A DNA stretch of 64,000 nt from Candidatus Muiribacterium halophilum. Its GTDB lineage: Bacteria > Muiribacteriota > Muiribacteriia > Muiribacteriales > Muiribacteriaceae. The notes under the pieces are model-generated. The model had not been told where the DNA came from and did not search any database. It saw nothing but the letters and a program-made list of their open reading frames with translations. The position numbers and the translations under genes were made by a program. The stretch spans positions 5,097-69,096 of the forward strand of contig PKTG01000064.1 of NCBI GenBank assembly GCA_002869225.1. Reading direction: 5' to 3'. Positions 43,623 through 53,526 of this stretch are shown here, piece after piece. Each line of letters starts with the position of its first letter. Within the stretch, counting starts at the first letter, position 1.

Positions 43623-43719
43623 GTGAGTAGTAAATGGTGAGCAGTGAATGGAAAAATTTTTTATCATCAGATTTTTTATCAATTGTTTACTATTTTAGGC
43701 TTTACACTTTACGCTTTAC
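43623..43719. repeat. heptamer arrays: GTGAGTA GTAAATG GTGAGCA GTGAATG (43623-43650) and GCTTTAC ACTTTAC GCTTTAC (43699-43719, opposite orientation)
   Basis: Read directly. These are the same two word families as at 230, 2324, 22731 and 60004. Confidence 0.75.
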
Positions 43720-43750
43720 AAAAAAAAGCCCCATTTGAGGGGCTTTTTAT
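43720..43750 (-). terminator. bidirectional rho-independent terminator downstream of fliY
   Basis: A-run, GCCCC (43728-32), loop ATTTGA, GGGGC (43739-43), T-run. On the minus strand it lies about 20 nt after the fliY stop. Confidence 0.7.
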
Positions 43751-43770
43751 AAATTTTATATTTAAAAGCT

Positions 43771-45084
43771 TTATGTCAATCTCGCAATTCTCTCATTAGG
43801 TGATACGATCGATGTTATTCTGATACCAAAATTTTCATCAATGACTACTACTTCACCTTTTGCTATAAGTTTTCCATTTACAAGAACATCTATAGATTCA
43901 CCTGCGAGTCTCTCAAGCTCTATAACAGACCCGGTACCAAGTTCAAGTATCTCTTTGACAAGCATCTTGGTCCTACCGAGTTCAACAGTTATCTGTAAAG
44001 GTACATCAAGAAGAAGATCAATATTACTTGGAAGCTCAACCACTTCTTCTTCATCTATATCAGCAAACTGAACATCGCTCACATCATCATCATCGAATCC
44101 ACTTTTTCTTTTTAATTTTCTACCATTTGATGTAACTTTGTTTTTCTTTTTCTTCTTTTTTCTTACTTTAGGAGGCGCTTCTTCATACTCTTCTTCCTCT
44201 TCATCATCATCTTCATACTCATCGTCGTCGTCATCGTCTTCTTCGTATTCTGGTTCTGCTTTTTTGACTGGTTCATTTTTTTCTACAACAGGTTCTGGAG
44301 GGGCTTCAGTCGTTGCAGGATCTTTCATCATAGCATCTATCTCTTCCTGAGAAAGTCCATCATCGCTTGATTCTGGAGCAGTCTCTTTTAAAACCGACGA
44401 CGCTTCACCTTTCATGATCTTCGAAAGAAGTTTTTTAGCTTCTTCAACTGAAAAAAGTATAAATAGTTCACTTTCATCTTCATCAGTCATCGCAAGTTTA
44501 AATACAGTGCTTACAACATCTCCTGAAAGACCTGTCGAAGATGGGTCCTTAAGTTCATCTAGTTTTGGTGGTACATATCTTCCAGCTATATCGTATCGAT
44601 TTTTCCAAAGCATTATAACAGATCCAAATACCTGATCAAAAAATGCTTCAGCTGCTGATATAAACTCAGGTGCGAGTTGGTCTATTTCAGCTCCACCAAG
44701 CATCATAGATGCAATATTTTTAATAAAATCCTGTGAAAGAAAGACTTCAGATGAGAATTCGAAACCCTCATTGAAGTTCATATTCATATGAGAAAAGCCA
44801 TTTATTTTTTCTGATATCTCTCCAAGTTCTTTTACTTCTATAGAATTAAATTCACATTTAGCATTTTCATTATTAGCAAGAGTAATCAATACCGAGGCTG
44901 CACCGTTTGAGAGGAGAACAAAAAACTCTTTTAATGCATCGAGTTCTTCATTTGTAAAAGACCCATTACCACCAGAACCTCCACCGCTTGTATCTTCAGG
45001 TGAATCCTGCTGATTATTATCTCCACCGCTATTCCCTTGCAGCAAAGCATCAATTTCTTCTTGAGTAAGTAAAGTATCACTCAT
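43771..45084 (-). CDS. fliY: flagellar motor switch protein FliY (CheC-like middle plus FliN C-terminal domain) with a charged insert
   Basis: N-terminal [10 protein letters not shown]. The FliN domain is [67 protein letters not shown]. Confidence 0.85.
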   Translation of the reverse strand: MSDTLLTQEEIDALLQGNSGGDNNQQDSPEDTSGGGSGGNGSFTNEELDALKEFFVLLSNGAASVLITLANNENAKCEFNSIEVKELGEISEKINGFSHMNMNFNEGFEFSSEVFLSQDFIKNIASMMLGGAEIDQLAPEFISAAEAFFDQVFGSVIMLWKNRYDIAGRYVPPKLDELKDPSSTGLSGDVVSTVFKLAMTDEDESELFILFSVEEAKKLLSKIMKGEASSVLKETAPESSDDGLSQEEIDAMMKDPATTEAPPEPVVEKNEPVKKAEPEYEEDDDDDDEYEDDDEEEEEYEEAPPKVRKKKKKKNKVTSNGRKLKRKSGFDDDDVSDVQFADIDEEEVVELPSNIDLLLDVPLQITVELGRTKMLVKEILELGTGSVIELERLAGESIDVLVNGKLIAKGEVVVIDENFGIRITSIVSPNERIARLT

Positions 45085-46121
45085 ATGTTAAGGGCCTCCT
45101 CGTCATCTTTAATCGTCTCACGGACAACTAATGCAACCTTTTTTCCTTTTTTTCCGGGTCTTCCTCTGAATTTTAGAGAACCGTTTACAACTACATTTAG
45201 ATTATCGGAAGCTTTGGTATTTAACTTAATAATATCTCCCTTTCCTAATGTAAGAAATTCCTCTACATCTAATCCAGATTTTCCCAACTCTACAATAACT
45301 GGTATTTTCACACTCTTTAATTTACTTTCTATGTTTAGCAGATTCTCAGATGAGATCTCTTTTTTCTTTGGTTTAAACCACGCCTGCGTAGTCAGCTTAG
45401 TGATAATAGGTTCAAGTACAATATAAGGGATACAAAGGTTCATTATCCCTTCCGCTTCTGCTATCTTGACTTCAAAAGTTACAAGAAGCACCATCTCATT
45501 TGGCGGCACTATCTGAGTAAATTGAGGATTTGACTCAATAAACTCTATCTTTGGAGAAAGCTCAATTACCTGAAGCCATGATTCTTTAAAAAACTCAAGT
45601 ACTTTTACAATAACTTTTGATATTACTGATTGTTCGATATCGGTAAGGATTCTAAGTTGATCAAGAGTTCTTCCCTGTCCACCAAACAATTTATCAAGTA
45701 TTGTAAATATAAGATTAAGACTCATCTCTATTACCGATGATCCTTCAAGAGTACCAAGCGATACTATCGATAAAAAGGTTGGATTGGAAAGTGTCCTTGT
45801 AAACTCTTCATATGTAAGCTGATCCACTGAGACCACTTCAAAATGTACAACCGTTCTAAGTGAGGTTGATAGATAAGTAGTAACAAGACGAGAAAAAGCT
45901 TCATGTATTCTATTTAAAGTCCTTAACTGTTCTTTTGCGAACTTATCAGGTCTTTTAAAATCATATATCTTTATCTTTTTATGAATATCCTGACCAGCAG
46001 CCTGATTTCCAGCAGAGGCTGGACTATCAGTTGCGGCAGGCGAACCTGCTGGTGATGCACCACCAGAGATTGACGATAAAAGCGCATCTATTTCGTCTTG
46101 ATTTAATATTTCCTGAGCCAC
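45081..46121 (-). CDS. fliM: flagellar motor switch protein FliM
   Basis: [30 protein letters not shown] and a C-terminal SpoA-like domain. Confidence 0.9.
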   Translation of the reverse strand: MAQEILNQDEIDALLSSISGGASPAGSPAATDSPASAGNQAAGQDIHKKIKIYDFKRPDKFAKEQLRTLNRIHEAFSRLVTTYLSTSLRTVVHFEVVSVDQLTYEEFTRTLSNPTFLSIVSLGTLEGSSVIEMSLNLIFTILDKLFGGQGRTLDQLRILTDIEQSVISKVIVKVLEFFKESWLQVIELSPKIEFIESNPQFTQIVPPNEMVLLVTFEVKIAEAEGIMNLCIPYIVLEPIITKLTTQAWFKPKKKEISSENLLNIESKLKSVKIPVIVELGKSGLDVEEFLTLGKGDIIKLNTKASDNLNVVVNGSLKFRGRPGKKGKKVALVVRETIKDDEEALNI

Positions 46122-46146
46122 TCAACCCTCGCTTAATAAATTTATA

Positions 46147-46638
46147 TCACTGTACTAGAAAATCTAAAAAGTAAACTTTCACTACCTTTCGAACTTTTCC
46201 ATCATATACTCCGCCACCTAGATAAGGTCTAAGTTCCTTGTTAAGTGCTAATTTTATTTCCTGCTGAAGTACTTCGTCTCTAAAATGATTGATAGCTTCG
46301 ATAGCAGTAATTCTGACCAATATCTTATTTATGACATCTCTCACAAGACCAAGCTTATTACCAATCACCTCATTGACCTCTATTTCACTTACTCCTAAAC
46401 GTATCTTTACTTTTATTATCCCATTATTATCGGAGGTAGGTACAAGAAATTCATCCAGATCATAGGTCGCCTTTTCAGGAATAATAAGTTCTTCAGTGTT
46501 TACCTGATTTTGCATATTCAACACTCTTTTTGATACACCATAAGCAATTCCTGTTACTATAATTATTGATATAACACCTATTATTCCAAATATAAGATAT
46601 TTGACCATAGGATTACCAGTTTTTACTTCTTCAGCCAT
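46147..46638 (-). CDS. fliL: flagellar basal-body-associated protein FliL
   Basis: Single N-terminal TM, YDLDEFLV..., VKIRLGV and the position between motB and fliM. Confidence 0.75.
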   Translation of the reverse strand: MAEEVKTGNPMVKYLIFGIIGVISIIIVTGIAYGVSKRVLNMQNQVNTEELIIPEKATYDLDEFLVPTSDNNGIIKVKIRLGVSEIEVNEVIGNKLGLVRDVINKILVRITAIEAINHFRDEVLQQEIKLALNKELRPYLGGGVYDGKVRKVVKVYFLDFLVQ

Positions 46639-46687
46639 CTTACCTCCAAAAAAGAATTCTTAAATATATATATCGACATTTATTCTA

Positions 46688-47227
46688 CTATTGATTAGCC
46701 CCAACAACTCCAAGTATGACAATATCGACTCTTCTGTTTTTTGCTCGACCGGAAACATCAGGTGTACCATCCGGCTTTGTATTTGGCGCTACCGGTCTAA
46801 ATTCACCATATCCAGCTCCCGATATCTTATCAGGTGGGAAACCTTTTTTTTCTACAAAATATCTGACAACATTCACCGCTCTTGCAGCAGACAGTTCCCA
46901 GTTTGTCTCAAATTTCTTTTTAAGTGTACTTCCTATTGGTTCATTATCCGTATGCCCTTCTACCGCAACTGGATAATCAAACTTATTCAATATATCCGCG
47001 ATCTTATCTAGTACTATCATATTTTTATTTATCTTAGCTTTTCCCGAATCAAATAAAGTCCTGTCCTGGATTCTTATAACCCAACCTCTTGGATCAGGTA
47101 AGACCTGAAAATCGATCTTTGTCTCTCTACCAAGTTTATCCTTGATTTCATTCCCCTCAGAATCTTTTAAAGAAACCTTTTCCAGTTCCTGAGATATCTG
47201 AGCCAATTCTTTTCTTAGTTGTTTCAT
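46688..47227 (-). CDS. motB: MotB C-terminal fragment (OmpA-like peptidoglycan-binding domain)
   Basis: VAVEGHTDNEPIG...NWELSAARAVNVVRYF...NRRVDIVI. No signal peptide or TM, and no SD before its ATG. Confidence 0.8.
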   Translation of the reverse strand: MKQLRKELAQISQELEKVSLKDSEGNEIKDKLGRETKIDFQVLPDPRGWVIRIQDRTLFDSGKAKINKNMIVLDKIADILNKFDYPVAVEGHTDNEPIGSTLKKKFETNWELSAARAVNVVRYFVEKKGFPPDKISGAGYGEFRPVAPNTKPDGTPDVSGRAKNRRVDIVILGVVGANQ

Positions 47228-47230
47228 CTT

Positions 47231-47539
47231 TTACTTTTTTTTATTTTCACTTATCTCTTTTATTTGTTCAGGTTGATCATCGTCACTTTCATCCATCTTG
47301 TTATTCTCTTTGACGTTTTTTGCCTTTTTAAGCTGTCCCTGAGAGATCGGTTCTCCACCATCTAACACTCCGAAAGCTCCCTGAAAAGAATCAACGATTC
47401 TTTGAAATTTCACAATATCCAATGTTGAAAAGGAGAATAGCAACACAAAGAAACAAAGAAGCAATGTCATACAATCACCATAGGTAAGTGTCCAGGACGG
47501 TGCCCCTTTTGGGCCTTCAGGTTCTTTCTTTTTTCCCAT
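47231..47539 (-). CDS. motB: MotB N-terminal fragment (TM helix and plug region)
   Basis: APSWTLTYGDCMTLLLCFFVLLFSFS, a typical MotB N-terminus. It ends at a TAA in frame with the OmpA-like ORF. Confidence 0.8.
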   Translation of the reverse strand: MGKKKEPEGPKGAPSWTLTYGDCMTLLLCFFVLLFSFSTLDIVKFQRIVDSFQGAFGVLDGGEPISQGQLKKAKNVKENNKMDESDDDQPEQIKEISENKKK

Positions 47540-47542
47540 ATT

Positions 47543-48337
47543 TTATTCCTCTTCTTCTCCAGCTTCTTCTTCAGATGATTCTGATGATGCTCCCTGTCTC
47601 ATTGCAGGTGGAAGGAAAGCTTTAAGTTTTTCTTCAACAATTCTTGGGTTATCTCCAGCCTGTATTGATAAAAGACCTTCAAGCATAATATATTTGATAA
47701 GTATTTCCTCTGCACTCTTTGCTCCTAATTTTGAAGAAAGTGGTATACAGAAAAGATTGGCGATTACAGCACCATAAAATGTTGTGATAAGAGCCACCGC
47801 CATACCAGGACCCAAAGCATTTGGATCATCAAGTTTACCAAGCATCTTAATAAGACCAATTAGTGTTCCGATCATACCAAAAGCTGGTGCAAGTTCTCCC
47901 ATCTTATCAACCATCGCTTTACCAGTTGAATGCCTGGTCTCAAGATACTCTATCTCAGTCTCTAATATTCTTCTTACAAGATCAGGGTCAGTACCATCAA
48001 CTACAAGCTGAATACATTTTTTAAAAAAGGTATCATCTACTTTTTCAACATCATCTTCTAGAGCCAGTAGACCTTCTCTTCTAGCTTTTTCAGCAAAACT
48101 TACAAGAGAAGAGATGGTATCTAAAGGGTTATGCACCTCTTCATGAAAAGCTTTTTTCAATACATTAGGCATATCCTTCATCTGTTCCATAGAAAATGAT
48201 ATAAACACACCACCTAAAGATCCTCCAAAAACAATAAGCATAGATGGAACATCTATAAAAGCTGCTATTTCAACACCGATTCCAGATGCAACTAGCACGG
48301 AACCTAATATAATACCAATAATTGTCGATTTATCCAT
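47543..48337 (-). CDS. motA: flagellar stator protein MotA
   Basis: Four TM helices, PAFGMIGTLIGLI and ALITTFYGAVIANL (MotA/ExbB signature). Confidence 0.9.
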   Translation of the reverse strand: MDKSTIIGIILGSVLVASGIGVEIAAFIDVPSMLIVFGGSLGGVFISFSMEQMKDMPNVLKKAFHEEVHNPLDTISSLVSFAEKARREGLLALEDDVEKVDDTFFKKCIQLVVDGTDPDLVRRILETEIEYLETRHSTGKAMVDKMGELAPAFGMIGTLIGLIKMLGKLDDPNALGPGMAVALITTFYGAVIANLFCIPLSSKLGAKSAEEILIKYIMLEGLLSIQAGDNPRIVEEKLKAFLPPAMRQGASSESSEEEAGEEEE

Positions 48338-48540
48338 TATTCATCTCCCTCTTCTCTAAGACAAAATATCTTCCTTTTAAGCTTAATATATTTATCGACA
48401 ATTTCTTCAGGCTGCTCTTTTACAATAATTTTTTTACCGGTCGTCAAAGTTATAATAGTATCAGGACTCTTTTCCAGTTTTACTATAAGTTCGGTATTTA
48501 AATACACTTCTTTGCCGTTAAACTCAGTAAGACAGATCAT
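48337..48540 (-). CDS. flbD: flagellar protein FlbD
   Basis: MICLTEFNGKEVYLNTELIVKLEKSPDTIITLTTGKKIIVKE matches the FlbD pattern. AAAGGAGAGAG lies directly upstream of this ATG (the track ORF starts at 48570). Confidence 0.85.
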   Translation of the reverse strand: MICLTEFNGKEVYLNTELIVKLEKSPDTIITLTTGKKIIVKEQPEEIVDKYIKLKRKIFCLREEGDE

Positions 48541-48736
48541 ACTCTCTCCTTTCATAAGTAAAGAAACCAATACATATTACATAATACAAAATTGTTCACT
48601 AACAGTAAAATATTAAGACTGTTAAAGTTGAAAATTGGGAGTGCAGAGTTGCACAACGTAGTCGACAGGACCCAGAATATAAACTATCAATATTAAAAAA
48701 ATTTACTATATCTTTAAAATATATTTTTTTTTAGAT

Positions 48737-48772
48737 AAAAAAAAGCCGGTCATTAAAACCGGCTTTTTTTTT
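48737..48772 (-). terminator. bidirectional rho-independent terminator between flgE and flbD
   Basis: A-run, GCCGGT (48745-50), loop CATTAAA, ACCGGC (48758-63), T9 run. Confidence 0.7.
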
Positions 48773-48787
48773 AATTAATTAGCTATT

Positions 48788-50929
48788 TTATCGTTTAAGA
48801 TTTACAAGTTCCTGTAGTAGCTGATCGGCAGTCGTTATCGATCTTGAGTTAGCCTGAAATCCTCTCTGTGCTATTATCATAGCGGTAAATTCTTCCGAAA
48901 GGTCAACATTTGACATCTCAAGTTTACCACCAACAAATGTACCTGCACCTCCAGTTCCAGCAATTCTAACAACAGCGTTTCCTGAGTTTCCGGAAGTTGT
49001 CCATACAGAACCTGAAAGTTTTTCAAGACCGGATGGATTTTGAAACATAGCAAGAGCTAGCTGACCAATGACCTGAGATCTATCGTTTGTATATGACCCG
49101 ACGATCTGACCAGAAGTATCTACATAATAACCGTTAAGCATACCCATCTCATAACCATCCTGACTTCTTGCAGCTGTAGTGAATTCCTCTGAATCAAACT
49201 GAGTTATTCCGAGCATATCAAAATTAATATCAAGCTGCTCAGCTCCTGGTGATGTAAATGATGCTACCTGCACAAGATCAGGATATGAGACACCGTTTGC
49301 CTGTCTTGTTGCTTCTCTGTCAATTCTTCCAATTTCGTTGAACTTCAATACACCCTGTCCAACGTATCCTCTCTGGGAATCCCAGAATATACTTTTCATA
49401 ATATTTTTCTTTTCCTGTTCTGTTGGGTTCTCAGTATCTTTTATAGCATTTGGAAATTTTTCAAGATAATCTGTCACAACTGGATCATCCATTCCAAGTG
49501 AAAGCCAATATCTCCATTCGTTTTCATCAGTTTTTTCAAAATTTGTGGTTAGTTCATGTGGTGTACCCTGTGAATCATATACAACAAGACTTGTTGAATG
49601 CTGAACACCTGAGTTGATATTGAAAGAGATTGCCTGACTTGTTCCATCTCTTGTTATATCAATTTTTTCTGAACCAAGTGGTATCTCTCTCTGACTACCT
49701 GTTGAAAGCTCTGTAAATAACATCTGTCTTGAATCAGGAGATACACTAAGATCTAAAGTCACTCCGTTTACATTAAACTGTGCTGGTGATGCTGCTATTC
49801 TTGTATCTACGTTTGCTATCTTACCAGTCTCAGATATTATTGACATAGTACCATAATCCTGAGAATCTTCTGCTATAGCATCGCCGTTCATATCAAGTAG
49901 ATTCCCATCTTCGTCGTATACTTTCCATCTGTATACATCAACAACACTGTTGGAGGAAACATCTTTTTCATAAACAATATTTAATTTCTGTTCTTCATTA
50001 TTTATATCCCTGAAAGTCCAATAATTTGCTGCGGGTGGTTCTGCTGGTGAAAGTGTAAACACAAAATTATCTCCACCGTTAATTACAGAGTTAACACCAG
50101 GCATTGAATAAATATCGAAATTTCCATCTACTTCTATACTCTTGATTCTTCCGTCATCGTATACATGTACAAGTGCTACAGAATCAAATGTTGCAGTAGA
50201 CTGATCCATGTCTATTGCATTACCATCATTATCAAAAGCTCTTAATTCATAAAGATTCTTACTTCTTTTCTGCATCTTGAAAGAGATCTCTTCCTCATTT
50301 GGTTTTACACCATAGACCATTGTATTCTCATCTGTAAAGAATCTGGAATCTGGAGAACCATCTTCGAGATTTGAGTTAGCCATTAGATTTGATTTAAAAA
50401 CCATATTCTTGGTAGCTTTGGCAGAAAGTTTCTCAAGATCAAGGAAATTTATCGGTTCAAGAACTCCACCGGTATTTACCTGAAATTCACCTTCTGTATC
50501 ATTCCATTTTGCAGGCCATCCCTGAACTCTATAACCTGTACTTCCATGAACAAAATCTCCAGTTGAATCTATCTGAAAGTTTCCAGCTCTTGTATAAACA
50601 TCTTTCTGACCATCATCCACTATAAAGAAACCGTTACCTTCTATCGCAACGTCGGATACATTACCGGTCGTCTCTGTTGAGCCCTGACCCATTATCCTAT
50701 CAATTGCAGCTGTCTGCACACCAAGACCAATCTGCTTAGGGTTTATTCCACCAATATTATCACCTGGTGCTGAAGGATACCCTATAGTCTCGTTAAAGAT
50801 ATTTGAAAAGATCACCCTTGATTTTTTAAATCCTGTTGTATTTACATTAGCTATGTTATCAGAAATAACATCCATCTTTACCTGATGAGCACCGAGACCA
50901 CTGATCCCGGAAAATAATGAACGCATCAT
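48788..50929 (-). CDS. flgE: flagellar hook protein FlgE (long form, 713 aa)
   Basis: N-terminal MRSLFSGISGLGAHQVKMDVISDNIANVNTTGFK and C-terminal EEFTAMIIAQRGFQANSRSITTADQLLQEL. Confidence 0.9.
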   Translation of the reverse strand: MMRSLFSGISGLGAHQVKMDVISDNIANVNTTGFKKSRVIFSNIFNETIGYPSAPGDNIGGINPKQIGLGVQTAAIDRIMGQGSTETTGNVSDVAIEGNGFFIVDDGQKDVYTRAGNFQIDSTGDFVHGSTGYRVQGWPAKWNDTEGEFQVNTGGVLEPINFLDLEKLSAKATKNMVFKSNLMANSNLEDGSPDSRFFTDENTMVYGVKPNEEEISFKMQKRSKNLYELRAFDNDGNAIDMDQSTATFDSVALVHVYDDGRIKSIEVDGNFDIYSMPGVNSVINGGDNFVFTLSPAEPPAANYWTFRDINNEEQKLNIVYEKDVSSNSVVDVYRWKVYDEDGNLLDMNGDAIAEDSQDYGTMSIISETGKIANVDTRIAASPAQFNVNGVTLDLSVSPDSRQMLFTELSTGSQREIPLGSEKIDITRDGTSQAISFNINSGVQHSTSLVVYDSQGTPHELTTNFEKTDENEWRYWLSLGMDDPVVTDYLEKFPNAIKDTENPTEQEKKNIMKSIFWDSQRGYVGQGVLKFNEIGRIDREATRQANGVSYPDLVQVASFTSPGAEQLDINFDMLGITQFDSEEFTTAARSQDGYEMGMLNGYYVDTSGQIVGSYTNDRSQVIGQLALAMFQNPSGLEKLSGSVWTTSGNSGNAVVRIAGTGGAGTFVGGKLEMSNVDLSEEFTAMIIAQRGFQANSRSITTADQLLQELVNLKR

Positions 50930-51002
50930 ATGTCTTTACATCCTAAAGGTCTTAAAATTCTTAATACTTCATCTACAAAAACAATATGATGTGTAAGGGG
51001 AA

Positions 51003-51030
51003 GGAAGTATATCAATCGGTCAATACTTCC
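51003..51030 (-). promoter_or_regulatory. hairpin in the 146-nt flgE leader
   Basis: GGAAGTAT (51003-10) pairs with ATACTTCC (51023-30), with a 12-nt loop. Function not established. Confidence 0.2.
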
Positions 51031-51075
51031 ATAACATCCCGTCAAGGGTCCTGTCATTTTCTCCCCGTTTACACG

Positions 51076-51456
51076 TCACACACCAAATACCGCACTATCG
51101 ATATTTGTAAAAACATTCCCTCTCATGCTGTTTTCATCAACAGCTGTTATTATTGTCTTGTTTTTTACACTGACCACAAATGCATCGTTATCTACCATTA
51201 TCAGACATTCCTTTGCACCTTTTTTGTCAGCTTTTGAAACAGCTTCCTCCAGTCTTTTCATACGACTTTCATCAAGCTTTATTCCCCTCTCGTTCATTCT
51301 GCTGATAGCATGCGAAGAAAACTTTAACTCTTCGTTTTTCAGAGATTCCTGAAATACATCAGCAAACTTCTTTGTTGTCTTCTTATTTTTATTTTCAAGG
51401 TTTTTCTTATGAATCTGAGATTGTCTTATCCCAAAATCATTTAACCTGTTTACCAT
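51076..51456 (-). CDS. flagellar operon protein (TIGR02530-type) between flgD and flgE
   Basis: FSSHAISRMNERGIKLDE....LEEAV.KA..KGAKE.L pattern and a conserved position in Firmicute/spirochaete-type operons. Confidence 0.65.
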   Translation of the reverse strand: MVNRLNDFGIRQSQIHKKNLENKNKKTTKKFADVFQESLKNEELKFSSHAISRMNERGIKLDESRMKRLEEAVSKADKKGAKECLIMVDNDAFVVSVKNKTIITAVDENSMRGNVFTNIDSAVFGV

Positions 51457-51465
51457 TCCCTCTCC

Positions 51466-51888
51466 TTATCTTACAGCTATTATTTCTTCAGGAAGTACCG
51501 CAACTCCATCAACATCAAGATATGTCGTTCCATTATCGACATAAGCTGAACCTACGGAACCCTGAACCTTACCGTTCTGAGTATTTGCGACAATCTCCTG
51601 ACCAAGAAACATCGAGATATCTTTCCAAGGATTTTTGCTCTGTTTGACAAGTTCCTCAATATTTGAGTTCATCTTCTCCATCTGTTCAAGTGATGAGAAA
51701 CTCGCAAGCTGTGACATCATCTCCTTATTGTCTACCGGATCTATAGGATCCTGATTCTTCATCTCTGTGATCAGAAGATTCATAAATGCATCTCTGTCAA
51801 GATCTGAATTTACCTGTCTTACATTATTTTTGGTCGCTTCATAACTATTGATCTGATCCTGAATATATTCAGAAGAAACATCAGCCAT
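51466..51888 (-). CDS. flgD: flagellar hook capping/assembly protein FlgD
   Basis: DAFMNLLITEMKNQDPIDPVDNKEMMSQLASFSSLEQ. Confidence 0.9.
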   Translation of the reverse strand: MADVSSEYIQDQINSYEATKNNVRQVNSDLDRDAFMNLLITEMKNQDPIDPVDNKEMMSQLASFSSLEQMEKMNSNIEELVKQSKNPWKDISMFLGQEIVANTQNGKVQGSVGSAYVDNGTTYLDVDGVAVLPEEIIAVR

Positions 51889-51904
51889 GACCTACCTCTC
51901 TTTC

Positions 51905-53380
51905 CTAAACATTGACATTGACATCTCTTCTTTGGATAGGACCAAATGCTCTGATCACATCCTGAAAGTTAATAGTCTTTGCCTTCTGTCTGTTTTTTTT
52001 GTTTTTTTCGTTGTTTTTTTCCTGTCTTTCCTGATCCTGACCGTTTTTTCCATCAGGATTTACTATGATCTCAAAAGCATTAAGATTGACACCTTCACTT
52101 TTAAGATTGGCTTTAAGTTCCCCTGCATTTGCCATTAAAGCGTTCTTTGCCTCACCATGTTCTGTCATTATCCTGATGTCCATCTTCCCGTCAATTCTGC
52201 TTATTAGGACTTTTACCTGTCCCAGCTCTCCAGGTCGAAGATTCATGGTCATTATCTGTTTTCCGTCTACGTCAGCGTACTTCACCCTCTGAGTAAGATG
52301 CTGAACGACCTCTCCTGGAGAATAAGTCTTAAGATTTCCTTTAAGATTATCCATGTTCTCGAAAATATTCTTTTCTGAACTTTCAGTACTTGAATCAAGA
52401 TTCACATTGTTTGAAAATCTCATGAACTTTTCAAGATCATTTTGCATAGGATCGTTGTCTTTCATCCTCTCAACTATTATTGTTGTTTTAAGAATCGTTT
52501 TGTTCCCCTCTTTTGAGATAAGTTCTTTTTCGATCACCTTTATAGTCTCTTTTATCTGAAGTCCCTCATCCTTGACCTCAACAGTTTCCTTGACATTCTC
52601 TTTAATCTTTTCTTTGAGTGCTTTTAAAACTCTGTTAGGAACATCTTCATTTGAGATCTCTGTAGCTACTTCGTATGCATTTTCGGAGAAAAGATCATCG
52701 ATCAGATCTACCTTCTTACTGGTCTCTTTAATATTATTATTTTTTACTTTCTGTTCTTTACCCTCTTTACCCTCTTTGATCCTTTCATTATCTTTGTCAC
52801 CATTAAAGATTTTACTGATAAGGTCTTCTTTCACATCGTTTTTATCAGGATCTTCCACTTCTACTTTAAGTTTCACTTTTCCGTCAGTGATCTTTTCCAG
52901 AAGTTCTCCGATCTTCTCGAGGTTTTCAACAATGATTTCCAGATCTTTTACATCAATATCTTGATCATTTTTGATATTATCAAGACTCGATGTATCAATA
53001 TTTTTTTTATTATCAACATCAATATCTTCAATCACCTTCATAAACTTTTTTAACAACTTATTTTTAGAGTCTTCACCGTCATCAATACCTGATAAAAGAT
53101 CACGTATCTTTTTCAAAGTAAGCTTGGACAGATTATCACCCTGCTTAATAAGAGCTTTAAGTTTATTAAGTATTTCTTCACCCTCCTTATCAGACATATT
53201 CTGCAAAGCATTTTTTATTGTTTTTTTCAACTCTTTTGAAGTCTTACCCTTTTCTTTTAGAGAGCTAAGCAGTTTTCCAAAATCCAGACCTTTTAAAGAA
53301 TTCTTTTCAGATCCTTTTACCTTCTGGTCGCTTTGCATATCTATATCCGATATAACAGCTGTTCTTAAGATAGTATTCAC
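51905..53380 (-). CDS. fliK: flagellar hook-length control protein FliK
   Basis: K/E-rich extended N-region. The C-terminal Flg_hook pattern is LRPGELGQVKVLISRIDGKMDIRIMTEHGEAKNALMANAGELKANL. It sits upstream of flgD. The GTG start is uncertain. Confidence 0.7.
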   Translation of the reverse strand: MNTILRTAVISDIDMQSDQKVKGSEKNSLKGLDFGKLLSSLKEKGKTSKELKKTIKNALQNMSDKEGEEILNKLKALIKQGDNLSKLTLKKIRDLLSGIDDGEDSKNKLLKKFMKVIEDIDVDNKKNIDTSSLDNIKNDQDIDVKDLEIIVENLEKIGELLEKITDGKVKLKVEVEDPDKNDVKEDLISKIFNGDKDNERIKEGKEGKEQKVKNNNIKETSKKVDLIDDLFSENAYEVATEISNEDVPNRVLKALKEKIKENVKETVEVKDEGLQIKETIKVIEKELISKEGNKTILKTTIIVERMKDNDPMQNDLEKFMRFSNNVNLDSSTESSEKNIFENMDNLKGNLKTYSPGEVVQHLTQRVKYADVDGKQIMTMNLRPGELGQVKVLISRIDGKMDIRIMTEHGEAKNALMANAGELKANLKSEGVNLNAFEIIVNPDGKNGQDQERQEKNNEKNKKNRQKAKTINFQDVIRAFGPIQRRDVNVNV

Positions 53381-53470
53381 CTCCTTTCAATTGATTTTTT
53401 AAACATAAACTCAGGTAATATATCGGCAAACCTGAAGTGATACTTTAAGTTTTATTAATAAAAATAAATA

Positions 53471-53502
53471 AAAAAAGGACAGATACCATCCGTCCTTTTT
53501 TT
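53471..53502 (-). terminator. bidirectional rho-independent terminator upstream of fliK
   Basis: The minus strand reads A7 GGACGGAT GGT ATCTGTCC T7 (8-bp stem with one G.U), 25 nt after the stop of the 53527 gene. Confidence 0.6.
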
Positions 53503-53526
53503 GCGAAGTTCTACCCTTGCTTTTTA

